Shown piece after piece: positions 52,054 through 61,923 of a DNA stretch of 64,000 nt. The stretch is from an uncultured Rikenella sp. (lineage in GTDB: Bacteria; Bacteroidota; Bacteroidia; Bacteroidales; VadinHA17). The stretch is from the NCBI GenBank assembly GCA_964411345.1, contig CAYPKP010000002.1:67312-131311 (forward strand). Reading direction: 5' to 3'. Both the position numbers and the translations under genes were made by a program. The notes under the pieces are model-generated. The model searched no databases. It saw nothing but the letters and a program-made list of their open reading frames with translations, and was not told the origin of the DNA. The number at the start of each line of letters is the position of its first letter. The stretch's first letter is position 1.

Positions 52054-52701
52054 TTAGGCAATTTTGATAATCACGGAGGAGAGAATGTCGGCGACATCGT
52101 CACATCTGTCAACCGCCTTCTCGAGAGCTGCAAGCACATCCTTCTTCTTGATCAGCTCAATGGCATCACTCTCCTCCTGGAAAAGTTTAGCCAGGTACCT
52201 GTGGTTAATATCATCAGCATGCTCCTCCAGTTCTCCTATCTTCCGGCAGTTATCCCTGTACTTGCTCAGGTTAAGCACATCACGCAGGCCGTTGAAGGCT
52301 GTGTTGATCTCTATGGATGCATCCCGGATCACCTCAGCCATCTCAAGGAATTCGGCAGGTATCTCCCTTATCTTATAGAGATGTGCCTGCTTGGCAGCAC
52401 TGTGTGTCAGATCCAGGACAGAGTCGGTGGCATGAATAAGCTCAAAGATATCCTCACGGTCGAAGGGGGTGATGAAGGTCCCGCTCAGAGCCTTGTAAAG
52501 ATTCTTTGCGATCTGGTCACCGACCAGCTCCGCCTCCTTTATCTTCTGCCCCAGGGCCTCCCTCCTCCCGGGTGAAGGTTCATTCATGAATTCAACCAGC
52601 AGTTCGGCACCTACAATCAGGTTGGCAGAAGCATCCTTGAAGAGAGGATAAAACTTGCCCTCCCGGGGTGCAAGAAAAGAGAATACCTTGTCGAGTTTCA
52701 T
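52054..52701 (-). CDS. DUF47 / PhoU-like phosphate-transport regulator-related protein
   Basis: 215-aa helical protein directly upstream of PiT (11-nt gap), the conserved DUF47-PiT pairing. Sequence (…FITPFDREDI…) is typical of the family. Confidence 0.75.
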   Translation of the reverse strand: MKLDKVFSFLAPREGKFYPLFKDASANLIVGAELLVEFMNEPSPGRREALGQKIKEAELVGDQIAKNLYKALSGTFITPFDREDIFELIHATDSVLDLTHSAAKQAHLYKIREIPAEFLEMAEVIRDASIEINTAFNGLRDVLNLSKYRDNCRKIGELEEHADDINHRYLAKLFQEESDAIELIKKKDVLAALEKAVDRCDDVADILSSVIIKIA

Positions 52702-52731
52702 CTGATTTGTGAGTATGGTTTTTCAATGAGA

Positions 52732-52739
52732 CAAAAATA
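52732..52739 (-). promoter_or_regulatory. candidate -7 box (TATTTTTG) for DUF47-PiT
   Basis: The plus strand reads caaaaata, i.e. TATTTTTG on the minus strand, 31 nt upstream of ATG 52701. Confidence 0.45.
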
Positions 52740-52859
52740 TAGTAATGACTTTAGTCCGGAAAGAACATTTGAGGGTAATTTTCTGAAAGAACTGATTTTT
52801 ATCCTAAACTTAGGCTAACATTCGCTATATTAGCACATCAAATTCCACATAAGCACTTC

Positions 52860-54260
52860 ATGAAGCTGACATTCTACGGGGCTGCACGCGAGGTGACGGG
52901 CAGCAAGATTCTTATTGAAACAGAACACGGGAAAAACATCCTGCTCGATTGCGGGCAGTTCCAGGGAAAGGGCCTGGAGACAGAGGAGATGAACAGGGCA
53001 GTGCCGTTCCCTCCCGACTCAGTTGACCATGTCATACTGTCACACGCCCATATAGACCATTCAGGGCTTATTCCATTTCTGTACCGCAACGGTTTCACCG
53101 GATCAGTGATCTGCACGAATGCCACCCGGGATCTCTGTTCCATAATGCTTGCCGATTCGGGAAAGATACAGGAGTATGATACCAGGTACTTCAACAGGAA
53201 AAGGGCAAAAAAGAATCTCCCCCCTGTTGATCCTCTGTACACACAGGCTGATGCTGTGGCCTCAATGCATCTCTTTATCGGAGTGGCATATGACCGCAAG
53301 TTCCGCATAGACGACTTCACCACGGTCAGATTCACCAATACCGGACACATGCTTGGCAGCGGGGTGGTAACTCTTGAACTGAGGGAGAGGGACGGCATCA
53401 AACGACTGGCATATACCGGTGACATCGGAAGACCTTCAAACAGGATACTGAAGAGTCCTGAGCCATTTCCCCAGGCTGACATACTCATTACCGAGTCGAC
53501 CTACGGCGACCGTCTCCACCCTTCTGCCGAGGAATCTGACGAGGAGCTTTTCAGGGTGGTACGTCATACATGCGTCGAGAAGAGGGGCAAGCTGATCATC
53601 CCCGCCTTCAGTGTCGGCCGCACACAGGAGGTAGTCTACTCGCTCAATTCATTATATAACGCCGGCAGACTGCCCAGGGTGGATATCTATGTCGACAGCC
53701 CCCTCTCGGTCAATGCCACGAACATATTCCGCCTGCACACCGAGTGCTTCAACAGCGATGTACGGGAGGTGATGCTCTCCGACCCTGACCCGTTCGGGTT
53801 CAACTCACTCTTTTACATAACCGAGGTTGAACATTCAAAGAGGCTTAATGATGTCAGGGAACCGGTCATCATCATCTCATCATCGGGAATGATGGAGGCC
53901 GGGCGCGTCAAGCATCACCTGGCAAACAGCATAAGCAACCCTGCCAATACTGTCCTGGCTGTCGGCTACTGTGCTCCTTCAACACTCGGAGCCAGAATAC
54001 TGGGAGGTGCCGAAGAGGTCTCCATACACGGTAACAGCTACCAGGTGAGGGCAGATATTGAAAAGATTGAGTCATACTCCGGCCACGGAGATTACCGGGA
54101 GATGGCTGACTACCTCTCATGCCAGAACAGCTCAGGGCTGCAAAAGGTATTCCTGGTGCACGGCGAATATGAGACCCAGGTTAAATATCAGTCATATCTC
54201 GAGTCAAAGGGATTCAGAAACATTGAGATCCCTGCATACGGAAAATCTTTTTCAGTGTGA
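52860..54260 (+). CDS. MBL-fold metallo-hydrolase of the beta-CASP (RNA-metabolising) type
   Basis: HxHxDH motif (LSHAHIDHSG), TESTYGD and a C-terminal ...YSGHGD..VHGE, typical of beta-CASP ribonuclease-like proteins. Confidence 0.8.
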   Translation: MKLTFYGAAREVTGSKILIETEHGKNILLDCGQFQGKGLETEEMNRAVPFPPDSVDHVILSHAHIDHSGLIPFLYRNGFTGSVICTNATRDLCSIMLADSGKIQEYDTRYFNRKRAKKNLPPVDPLYTQADAVASMHLFIGVAYDRKFRIDDFTTVRFTNTGHMLGSGVVTLELRERDGIKRLAYTGDIGRPSNRILKSPEPFPQADILITESTYGDRLHPSAEESDEELFRVVRHTCVEKRGKLIIPAFSVGRTQEVVYSLNSLYNAGRLPRVDIYVDSPLSVNATNIFRLHTECFNSDVREVMLSDPDPFGFNSLFYITEVEHSKRLNDVREPVIIISSSGMMEAGRVKHHLANSISNPANTVLAVGYCAPSTLGARILGGAEEVSIHGNSYQVRADIEKIESYSGHGDYREMADYLSCQNSSGLQKVFLVHGEYETQVKYQSYLESKGFRNIEIPAYGKSFSV

Positions 54261-54297
54261 TTTATACAATATTCCTTTCAGAGTCGTTCTGAAAATC

Positions 54298-54305
54298 TAT
54301 TTTTG
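54298..54305 (+). promoter_or_regulatory. candidate -7 box (TATTTTTG) for the NhaD-like gene
   Basis: TATTTTTG lies 19 nt upstream of ATG 54324, which argues against the TTG 54303 start in the ORF track. Confidence 0.4.
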
Positions 54306-54323
54306 CACAAAAAATTCCGCGTC

Positions 54324-55790
54324 ATGTTCATAGCAATGGTCATTCTCTTCGTGCTGGGTTACCTGGCCATCGCCCTGGAGCATCCTCTCAAGATAGAGAA
54401 GGCTGCCAGTGCGCTTATTCTCGGTTCCGTACTCTGGGCTCTGTATGCTCTTTTCAGTGAGCAGATCCTTGCCCTGGGCTTCTCTCCCTCATGGGAAGAG
54501 ATGAAGATGATGGCCGCTGAGCTCATCCGGAACGTAATGCCGGTTATGAATGCTGACGCGTTCGCTACATGTCCCTTCAATGAGACGGTGGAGCTGGCCT
54601 CCCATCCCAATGCTTTTGTCAAGTTTGAACTGGCACATCACCTGGTGGAAACCGCTGAGATACTCTTCTTCCTCTTCGGCGCCATGACCATTGTAGAGGT
54701 GATCGACCAGCACCAGGGCTTTACCGTCATCACCAACAAGATCTCCACAAACAGCAAGGTAAAGCTGCTGTGGATACTGGGCATCCTGACATTCTTCATG
54801 TCAGCTGTCCTTGACAACCTTACCACCACCATCGTGATGATAGCGCTTCTCAGGAAGCTTATATCCGACAAGCCGACACGCTGGATCTACGCAAGCATGA
54901 TCGTAATATCGGCCAACTCCGGCGGTGCATGGTCTCCGATCGGCGACGTCACGACCATCATGCTGTGGATTGGCGGCCAGATAACCACCGTCAACATTAT
55001 TCTCAAGGTGATTATCCCGAGCCTTGTAAGCATGGTCGTACCGCTGACCATACTCTCATTCATGGTCTCGGGCAATGTGACCCGGCCCGAAAGACCTGCT
55101 TACGCAGGTGAGCTGACCACCCCCTTTGAGAGGACATTCATACTCATCCTGGGCGTCTGCATGCTGCTGTTCGTGCCCGTCTTCAAGACTGTCACACATC
55201 TCCCGCCATATGTGGGTATGCTCTTCGGTCTGGGTATTCTCTGGCTTGTCTCGGAGATCATGCACCGCGACAAGGAGGATGAGATCAGGAAGAAACTCAC
55301 GATCTACCATATTGTCAAGAAGGTTGACACCCCGACAATATTCTTTTTTCTCGGCATTCTCTCCGCAGTGGCTGCCCTCCAGAGTGCAGGTCAGCTAAGC
55401 CTGCTTGCAGGATGGCTCGATGAGAAGCTGGGCAACATATACCTGATAAACCTTGCCATCGGGGCCCTCTCGGCCGTCGTTGACAACGTACCGCTTGTAG
55501 CCGGCGCCATGGGCATGTATGATGTGGTCACGCCTGACATGCTGCGTATGGCTGCCGATCCGGCCTATGCCTCATTCTTCGTTCAGGACGGTCTCTTCTG
55601 GGAGTTCCTGGCCTACTGTGCCGGAACGGGCGGAAGCATGCTGATAATAGGCTCCGCCGCCGGTGTGGCAGCCATGGGTCTTGAGCGCATTGACTTCATA
55701 TGGTATATGAAGAAGATATCATTGCTGGCCCTCTCCGGATACCTCGCCGGTGCCGGCGCATACTGGCTGCAGGCACAGCTTATTCACTGA
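54324..55790 (+). CDS. NhaD/ArsB-superfamily Na+/H+ antiporter-like permease
   Basis: Trimmed to ATG 54324 (MFIAMVILFVLGYLAIALEH...). Polytopic, with MSAVLDNLTTTIVM and SAVVDNVPLVAGAM repeats characteristic of the ArsB/NhaD ion-transporter superfamily. Confidence 0.7.
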   Translation: MFIAMVILFVLGYLAIALEHPLKIEKAASALILGSVLWALYALFSEQILALGFSPSWEEMKMMAAELIRNVMPVMNADAFATCPFNETVELASHPNAFVKFELAHHLVETAEILFFLFGAMTIVEVIDQHQGFTVITNKISTNSKVKLLWILGILTFFMSAVLDNLTTTIVMIALLRKLISDKPTRWIYASMIVISANSGGAWSPIGDVTTIMLWIGGQITTVNIILKVIIPSLVSMVVPLTILSFMVSGNVTRPERPAYAGELTTPFERTFILILGVCMLLFVPVFKTVTHLPPYVGMLFGLGILWLVSEIMHRDKEDEIRKKLTIYHIVKKVDTPTIFFFLGILSAVAALQSAGQLSLLAGWLDEKLGNIYLINLAIGALSAVVDNVPLVAGAMGMYDVVTPDMLRMAADPAYASFFVQDGLFWEFLAYCAGTGGSMLIIGSAAGVAAMGLERIDFIWYMKKISLLALSGYLAGAGAYWLQAQLIH

Positions 55791-55812
55791 GGTTGAAAAA
55801 AATATTTTGACA

Positions 55813-55848
55813 AAGGGCTTCATCGGATGGTGAAGCCCTTTATATTTG
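55813..55848 (+). terminator. intrinsic terminator after the NhaD-like gene
   Basis: aagggcttca (55813-55822) pairs with tgaagccctt (55831-55840): a 10-bp perfect stem and 8-nt loop, followed by TATATTTG. Confidence 0.8.
55841..55848 (+). promoter_or_regulatory. candidate -7 box (TATATTTG) for the second permease
   Basis: TATATTTG lies 55 nt upstream of ATG 55903 and overlaps the terminator tail. Confidence 0.35.
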
Positions 55849-55902
55849 CATCCTCTAATCCTGCTCACGGGTACAGATAAACCAACCTTAATCTTTCCTG
55901 AG

Positions 55903-57069
55903 ATGTTTCTGATCCAGAACTTTGAGTTCGTGCTCTTTGCGCTTACTCTCGTGGGAGTGGCACTCTTCCACAAGAAGACTATGTGGGTAGCCCTGACCGG
56001 CATGACCCTTATCATCATCTACAAGCTGATCTTCAATGACCCGGCTGACCCGTTTCTTCTTTTTCATCACCTCGGGGAGGAAGGAAGGACCCTGATCAAC
56101 CTGATGGGTTTACTTTTAGGATTCGCGCTGCTCTCTAAACAATTCGAGGAATCACATGTTCCCGACCTGCTTCCAAACTACCTCAGCGGAGGATGGCCCG
56201 GAGCTTTCTCGCTCCTGTTGATGATCACCGTACTCTCTTCATTCCTTGACAACATAGCGGCCGCCCTTATAGGCGGAACAATAGCACTGGTGGTCTTCAG
56301 GGGAAGGGTGCACATCGGTTACGTGGCTGCAATCGTGGCATCCAGCAATGCAGGGGGAGCAGGCAGCGTTATCGGCGATACAACCACAACGCTCATGTGG
56401 ATCGACGGAGTCCCTGCACTGAATGTCATCCATGCATATATTGCAGTAATACCGGCCCTTATCGCATTCGGGATACCTCTCTCAATAATCCAGACCAGAT
56501 TCCAGCCCATACAGAATGATGCCACCCCGGGGATAAAACTCAACCACCGCAAGATACTGGTGGTGATCATGATCCTGGCCGGGGCCATAACTACAAATAT
56601 CTTACTGGACTTTCCCGCTGCAGGAGTATGGATCGGGATACTCCTTGGAGCCCTGTTCACCACAACACCCTGGGGCGAACTGAAGAATTCACTTAAAGGT
56701 ACCGTCTTTCTGCTGTCGCTGGTCTTTTCTGCTTCCATGATGCCGGTGGAGACGCTTCCTTCTGCCTCATGGCAGACAAGCCTTGTCCTGGGATTTGTCT
56801 CCTCCTTTTTTGATAACATTCCCCTCACCAAGCTGGCTCTTGAACAGGGAGGATACGACTGGGGAATGCTGGCCTATGCAGTCGGATTCGGAGGATCGAT
56901 GATCTGGTTCGGATCATCGGCAGGTGTCGCAATAACCAATAAATTTCCGGAAGGAAGATCCGTTGCCAGGTGGGTCAGGAGCGGCTGGTGGATCGCGGCT
57001 GCATATGTGGTAGGCTTTCTGGTTCTGCTGGCCATATGGGGATGGGAACCGGTAATGGAATATAAATAG
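55903..57069 (+). CDS. ArsB/NhaD-superfamily (citrate-transporter-like) permease
   Basis: Trimmed to ATG 55903 (MFLIQNFEFVLFALTLVGVALFH...). Polytopic, with SSFLDNIAAALIGG and SSFFDNIPLTKLAL motif pairs. Confidence 0.65.
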   Translation: MFLIQNFEFVLFALTLVGVALFHKKTMWVALTGMTLIIIYKLIFNDPADPFLLFHHLGEEGRTLINLMGLLLGFALLSKQFEESHVPDLLPNYLSGGWPGAFSLLLMITVLSSFLDNIAAALIGGTIALVVFRGRVHIGYVAAIVASSNAGGAGSVIGDTTTTLMWIDGVPALNVIHAYIAVIPALIAFGIPLSIIQTRFQPIQNDATPGIKLNHRKILVVIMILAGAITTNILLDFPAAGVWIGILLGALFTTTPWGELKNSLKGTVFLLSLVFSASMMPVETLPSASWQTSLVLGFVSSFFDNIPLTKLALEQGGYDWGMLAYAVGFGGSMIWFGSSAGVAITNKFPEGRSVARWVRSGWWIAAAYVVGFLVLLAIWGWEPVMEYK

Positions 57070-57080
57070 TATGAAAAAAT

Positions 57081-57100
57081 CAGGCCGGAACCCCGGCCTG
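57081..57100. terminator. GC-rich hairpin between convergent genes
   Basis: caggccgg aacc ccggcctg: an 8-bp stem flanked by an A-run on the plus strand (a T-run on the minus strand). It could serve either convergent gene. Confidence 0.5.
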
Positions 57101-57110
57101 CTGATGTCAG

Positions 57111-57149
57111 TAAAGAAAAAGAGGCTGCCCGATCCGGACAGCCTCTTCT
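57111..57149 (-). terminator. intrinsic terminator of the RRM-protein gene
   Basis: The minus strand reads AAGAGGCTG-tccggatcggg-CAGCCTCTT followed by TTTCTTTA: a 9-bp stem beginning 13 nt after the TAG stop. Confidence 0.75.
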
Positions 57150-57159
57150 GGTTTATACC

Positions 57160-57462
57160 CTAGTATCTCTGCTCATCCCTGTCACGAAAATCGCGACGGG
57201 GCCTGAAAGGCTTCTTCTCTGCCTTGGGCTCAGACTTCTTAACGATGATCTGACTGCCATCGAGCTCTGAATTGTTGAGTTTTTCGATAGCCTCATAACC
57301 GGCACGGTCATCAGCCATCTCTACGAAACCATAACGCTTGGAAAAGCCGGTCTCACGGTCCATAATAACTTTTGCGGAGATAACCTCTCCAAATTTGCTG
57401 AAAAGTTCCTGAAGGTCTTCTGCTTTGGTAACAGAACTCAGCTTGGCGACAAAAATGTTCAT
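57160..57462 (-). CDS. RNA-binding protein with RRM (RNP-1/RNP-2) domain
   Basis: Trimmed to ATG 57462 (cat 57460-57462). RNP-2 MNIFVAKL and RNP-1 KRYGFVEM motifs, with a basic C-terminal tail. Confidence 0.85.
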   Translation of the reverse strand: MNIFVAKLSSVTKAEDLQELFSKFGEVISAKVIMDRETGFSKRYGFVEMADDRAGYEAIEKLNNSELDGSQIIVKKSEPKAEKKPFRPRRDFRDRDEQRY

Positions 57463-57553
57463 CTGAAAATTAATTAAATGTTTATTAAACAATAAAAACA
57501 ACAGGCCGGGGCACATGCAACCATTGCAGCCTCTTCAGACCTGCTATTCAACA

Positions 57554-57561
57554 CAAAGGTA
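57554..57561 (-). promoter_or_regulatory. candidate -7 box (TACCTTTG) for the RRM-protein gene
   Basis: The plus strand reads caaaggta, i.e. TACCTTTG on the minus strand, 92 nt upstream of the ATG (a long leader). Confidence 0.35.
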
Positions 57562-57805
57562 TTTAAATATTTTTAACATTTGCAAATTAATTCAATTATT
57601 TGAAAATGATGCAATGAGAGAAGCCGTTGCTGCCTACTGCCTGCTCAGGGGAGTTTCATCAAGCCACTCTTGAAGTTTAGAGAATACTGTCTCTTGCTGT
57701 TCCGCCGAAAGGTTTCCTGGCCGCGTTCCGTGTGCACCCCCTTCCTTTACTATCTTCCCGCACCTGTTGTTGTTCCCGGGATCTGCCGCCGTTGATGACC
57801 GCTGA

Positions 57806-59611
57806 TTATACTCTTGCCAGTGGAGCTGTTTTTCTGCTCAACCACTCTCTCTCTTCAGGTTTAAGCCTGTCAGCCAGCATGTTAAATACCATCCTGTGGT
57901 AATCGTTGAGCCACTCAAGCTCCGCATCACCAAGCAGCGACAGATCTGTCAGTGTCCGGTCTATATAACAGAGTGTAACAGTCTCAAATCTCAGGAAATG
58001 GCCGTAATCACTCTCCCTGTCGCTGACGCAGAGCAGCAGGTTTTCAGTCCTGAAGCCGTATTTTCCCTCCAGGTAGACTGCCGGTTCATCCGAGGTAACC
58101 ATGCCCGGTTCAATTACGGTCTTCAGATCTCCTGTGGCAGCCGGGCCAATGGTCTGGGGTCCTTCATGCACATTGAGGAAGCTGCCCACCCCGTGGCCGG
58201 TACCGTGACCGTAGTTAAGCCCGTTGTCCCACAGGGCCTTGCGTGCCAGCAGTTCGAGCTGGTATCCGCGTGTGCCGTGTGGAAACCTTGCCATGGCAAG
58301 GTCAATGGTGCCCCGCAGAGCCAGGGTAAAGTGTAAGCGCATCTCAGCGTCGGGTTGGCCCAGAGCAATGGTCCTGGTGATGTCAGTGGTTCCGCCGTAG
58401 TACTGGCCGCCTGAATCCAGCAGGAAGATCCCTGACTGCTCCAGAACGGCATCACTGTCGGGCGACGGAACATAGTGCGGCAGGGCTGCATGACCGTTGA
58501 AGGCAGCGATGGTGGCAAAGGAGGGGCCTGTACATCCCTCCTGCTCCATCCGCAGGGACTCAAGCTTCGCCGAGGCGGAGAGCTCCGTTATCCTTTCCCT
58601 GCCAATGCTCTTCTCAAGCCAGATGAAAAAACGGGTGAGGGCCACACCGTCCCTGATCATCACCTCCCGCAGGTTCTTTATCTCAGTTTCATTCCTGACG
58701 GCCTTGAGACGGGTGGGAATGCTCAGGTCATGAATGACCCTTACGGCTCCTGTCAGAGCTCCGCCCAGCGCTGCCGATGTGGTTGAAGGGGAGAGCAGCA
58801 GGCTGCTGCCGGCAGGAAGCGACCTCAGTACCGATCCTATGATATCATACGGTAGAAGCACCACCCCGTCACGGTCGAATGCCGCCTTCATGGAAGAGGG
58901 TATCTTGCCCTCGTCGGCAAAGAGTATAACCTGATCATTACTTACAATGGCAAACGCCAACAGCAGCGGGCTGTATGTAATGTCCCTGCCCCGTATGTTG
59001 AGAAGCCACATCACGTCATCACAGGCCGTGAGCAGCTGGTAGTCCACGCCCATTGCCTTCATCCTCTCCCGCACACGGTCTATCTTTTCGCTCCGGCTCT
59101 CGCCGGCAAATTCCAAAGGCAGCCCGAAAGCTTCCTCATCCGGCAACGGTGGCCTGTCATGCCATACCGGCGTGACGAGGTCACCACTGAGGGACAGCCT
59201 GATACCCTTCTCCTTCAGCTGCCCGCGGAGAAGGCCGGCAACAGAGACAGAGATCAGTCGTCCGTCAACGGCTACCCGGCTTCCACGCTTCATCCTTTCC
59301 GCAAGCCAGTCTATGTATTCCGGCGTATGGGGTACCTTAAGCCTGACAAGTTCAAATCCCGAATTCCTGAGCTGTTCTGCCGCCTGTATAAAATAGCGGC
59401 TGTCAGTCCAGAGACCGGCAAATTTCGCCGTAACAACCACAGTGCCGGCAGAGCCCGAGAAGCCTGTAAGCCATCTGATCACCCTCCAGTGATCAGGGAC
59501 ATACTCGCCGAGATGGGGATCGGCAGAGGGTACTATCAGGGCATCAACACCCCGTTTCTTCATCACCGCACGAACGGCAGCAAGGCGACTCCTGCAAGGA
59601 TTTGCATTCAT
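57806..59611 (-). CDS. Xaa-Pro aminopeptidase (aminopeptidase P, peptidase M24B)
   Basis: 601 aa. Creatinase-like N-terminal domains plus M24 metal-ligand motifs (LLDSGGQY, TDITRT, HGTGHGVGSFLNVHEGP). Confidence 0.85.
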   Translation of the reverse strand: MNANPCRSRLAAVRAVMKKRGVDALIVPSADPHLGEYVPDHWRVIRWLTGFSGSAGTVVVTAKFAGLWTDSRYFIQAAEQLRNSGFELVRLKVPHTPEYIDWLAERMKRGSRVAVDGRLISVSVAGLLRGQLKEKGIRLSLSGDLVTPVWHDRPPLPDEEAFGLPLEFAGESRSEKIDRVRERMKAMGVDYQLLTACDDVMWLLNIRGRDITYSPLLLAFAIVSNDQVILFADEGKIPSSMKAAFDRDGVVLLPYDIIGSVLRSLPAGSSLLLSPSTTSAALGGALTGAVRVIHDLSIPTRLKAVRNETEIKNLREVMIRDGVALTRFFIWLEKSIGRERITELSASAKLESLRMEQEGCTGPSFATIAAFNGHAALPHYVPSPDSDAVLEQSGIFLLDSGGQYYGGTTDITRTIALGQPDAEMRLHFTLALRGTIDLAMARFPHGTRGYQLELLARKALWDNGLNYGHGTGHGVGSFLNVHEGPQTIGPAATGDLKTVIEPGMVTSDEPAVYLEGKYGFRTENLLLCVSDRESDYGHFLRFETVTLCYIDRTLTDLSLLGDAELEWLNDYHRMVFNMLADRLKPEEREWLSRKTAPLARV

Positions 59612-59622
59612 ACTGTCCGGGA

Positions 59623-61785
59623 TCAGTATTCTTCTATGCCAAAGAAATGCTTCAGCCAGAAGCGATTTCCCTCATTGGTCATGAAGATCCTCTTGGGGCC
59701 GCCCCATCCGTGACGTTCGCCTGGATATATCATCATTTCAAACGGCTTGTTCAGGTCCTGCAGGGTGGTCACAAGCCATATAGTATTCTGCATGTGCACG
59801 TTATCGTCAATATCTCCGTGACGCAGAAGCAACCTGCCCCTGAGATTCTCCGCATAGGTAAGCACCGAGCCGTTCCTGTACCCTTCCGGATTATCTTCCG
59901 GGGTGTCCATGTATCTCTCGGTATATACATTATCATAGAGTCTCCAGTCCGTAACCGAATAGTCGGCAATGCCATGAGTCCAGTAATCAGCTCCTGCCGT
60001 AAGAGCCATGCAGGTCACGTACCCGCCGTATGAGCCGCCGGTAATACCCATCCGTGAGGGGTCCGCCCAGGGCTGTTCCCGAAGCCACCTTACGGCATCG
60101 GAGTAGTCTGAGATCTCCCACCTGCCAAGCGAGCGGTGCATGTAGTCCAGTCCCCGCTTGCCGAATGTACCCGATCCGCGGTGGTCAACATTTATGGTTA
60201 CGATTCCGTTCTCAGCATACCAGCGTGGCTGGTAGCCCACCCACCTGTTGCGGATGCTCCCGGCGTCAGGGCCACCGTAGATGGTGAATATCACCGGGTA
60301 TCTCTTTGCCGGATCGAAGCTGACGGGATAGGTGATCAGGGCGGGCATGTCAAAGAGACCGTCAGCACTCCTGATGGTCACCAGTTCCTGCCTCTGATGC
60401 ATCCCGGCATCAAAAGCGGGTGAGTCAGCGGTGTGGATGGTACGCACCTTCCTGCCTCTCCTGTCAATAAGATCTATGCTGCCAGGACTCTCAAGGCTGC
60501 TCCAGCTGTCGAGGAACCATGAGCCCCCCGGTGAGACTGAAGCCGAATGATAGCCTCGGCCGTCTGTGACCTTCAGCAGCCTCGTTCCGTCAAGCCTGAC
60601 CCGGTACAGGTGGTTGTCAAGGGCATCAGGACCGGTACCGTTAAAGTATATCTCCCCGCGGGCCTCATCAACCTTCACAATGGAGTTCACCTTCCAGTCG
60701 AAATCGGTGATCTGTGACCTGAGCACTCCATCCCATCCGTACCAGTAGAGATTGTACCAGTCGTTGCGGTAACTCCTGACAATAAATCCGCTTCCGTCGC
60801 TCATCACGTGGATATCCTCGAAGAAATCGACCCATGTCGGCCTCGTCTCCCTGTATACCTCCGTGTAATCACCGGTGGTCACATCGGCGAGTATGAAGCG
60901 CATATCGTTCTGGTCACGGTTCAGCACCTGTACCATCAGCTTCTGACCGTCAGGTGTCCATGACGGCCATGCAATATACTGGTCTGTCTCTTCATCGGTT
61001 TTGACCCAGGTCGTCTCTCCCGTTGAAAGATCCACCACTCCCATCTTCACTTTCGGGTTGGGATCACCGGCTTTAGGGTATGCGGTTATTTCCACCTCAC
61101 CACGGGGACCGTCGCTATCCTCCAGCCTGTTCAGGTAATACTCGGGCACGGGGCTGTCATCAGTATGCAGGTATGCAATGCGTGCTGCATCAGGCGACCA
61201 CCAGAAGGCCGCATACCTCGATGCCCTGCCAAGGATCTCCTCGTAGTAGACCCATGAAGCCCAGCCGTTGTAGATTTTCTCATCTGCATCAAAAGTCAGT
61301 CTTGTCTCCTTTCCGGCGTCAAGGTCATATACATACAGATCCTTCTGCTTTGTGTAGGCAATCTTCCTGTCGCCGGGGGCAAACCTCATGTTAACCTCCC
61401 GGCCGCTGTCTTCCGTAAGCCTTACACCTGTGCTGACGCTGCCGTCAAAATACCAGAGATCATTTTCGCGTAACACCACAAGAGACTTCATGTCTGAAGC
61501 AACTGCCACATCAGGCCCCGGCTCAACGCCTTCAGGCAGCATATCCCTGAGCTTCTCCATGTCGCTTTTGTAGTCAGTGACAGCCACTGACCTGCCTGTC
61601 CTGCAGTTATACTCTGAAATCACGGGCTTCTTTTCCTCATCAAGGGTACGGACAAGCATCCGGTTGTCATCAATCCACCTGATAAGTCCCGGTTGCTGAT
61701 CTGAAAAGCCAGGCCGCTGCCCGGAAAGGGTCATGGTAACAATCAGCAGTAACGAAAACTGGATAATCCTGAACATCTGTTGCAT
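59623..61785 (-). CDS. dipeptidyl-peptidase IV (peptidase S9B)
   Basis: 720 aa with a signal peptide and a DPP-IV-like propeller region. Catalytic triad context GITGGSYGGY (Ser), HGDIDDNVH (Asp), PGERHGW (His). Confidence 0.88.
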   Translation of the reverse strand: MQQMFRIIQFSLLLIVTMTLSGQRPGFSDQQPGLIRWIDDNRMLVRTLDEEKKPVISEYNCRTGRSVAVTDYKSDMEKLRDMLPEGVEPGPDVAVASDMKSLVVLRENDLWYFDGSVSTGVRLTEDSGREVNMRFAPGDRKIAYTKQKDLYVYDLDAGKETRLTFDADEKIYNGWASWVYYEEILGRASRYAAFWWSPDAARIAYLHTDDSPVPEYYLNRLEDSDGPRGEVEITAYPKAGDPNPKVKMGVVDLSTGETTWVKTDEETDQYIAWPSWTPDGQKLMVQVLNRDQNDMRFILADVTTGDYTEVYRETRPTWVDFFEDIHVMSDGSGFIVRSYRNDWYNLYWYGWDGVLRSQITDFDWKVNSIVKVDEARGEIYFNGTGPDALDNHLYRVRLDGTRLLKVTDGRGYHSASVSPGGSWFLDSWSSLESPGSIDLIDRRGRKVRTIHTADSPAFDAGMHQRQELVTIRSADGLFDMPALITYPVSFDPAKRYPVIFTIYGGPDAGSIRNRWVGYQPRWYAENGIVTINVDHRGSGTFGKRGLDYMHRSLGRWEISDYSDAVRWLREQPWADPSRMGITGGSYGGYVTCMALTAGADYWTHGIADYSVTDWRLYDNVYTERYMDTPEDNPEGYRNGSVLTYAENLRGRLLLRHGDIDDNVHMQNTIWLVTTLQDLNKPFEMMIYPGERHGWGGPKRIFMTNEGNRFWLKHFFGIEEY

Positions 61786-61923
61786 GGTAGTGACTGTGTG
61801 GTTAAGATTTGGTTTACTGCGAACAAATATAAGAAAGTTAGCCTACCCTTTGCTGCGATGATGTTCAGAAGCATATAATGAAAATGCCGGTGTAATTTTT
61901 ACCTTTGTACAAACAAACGATGG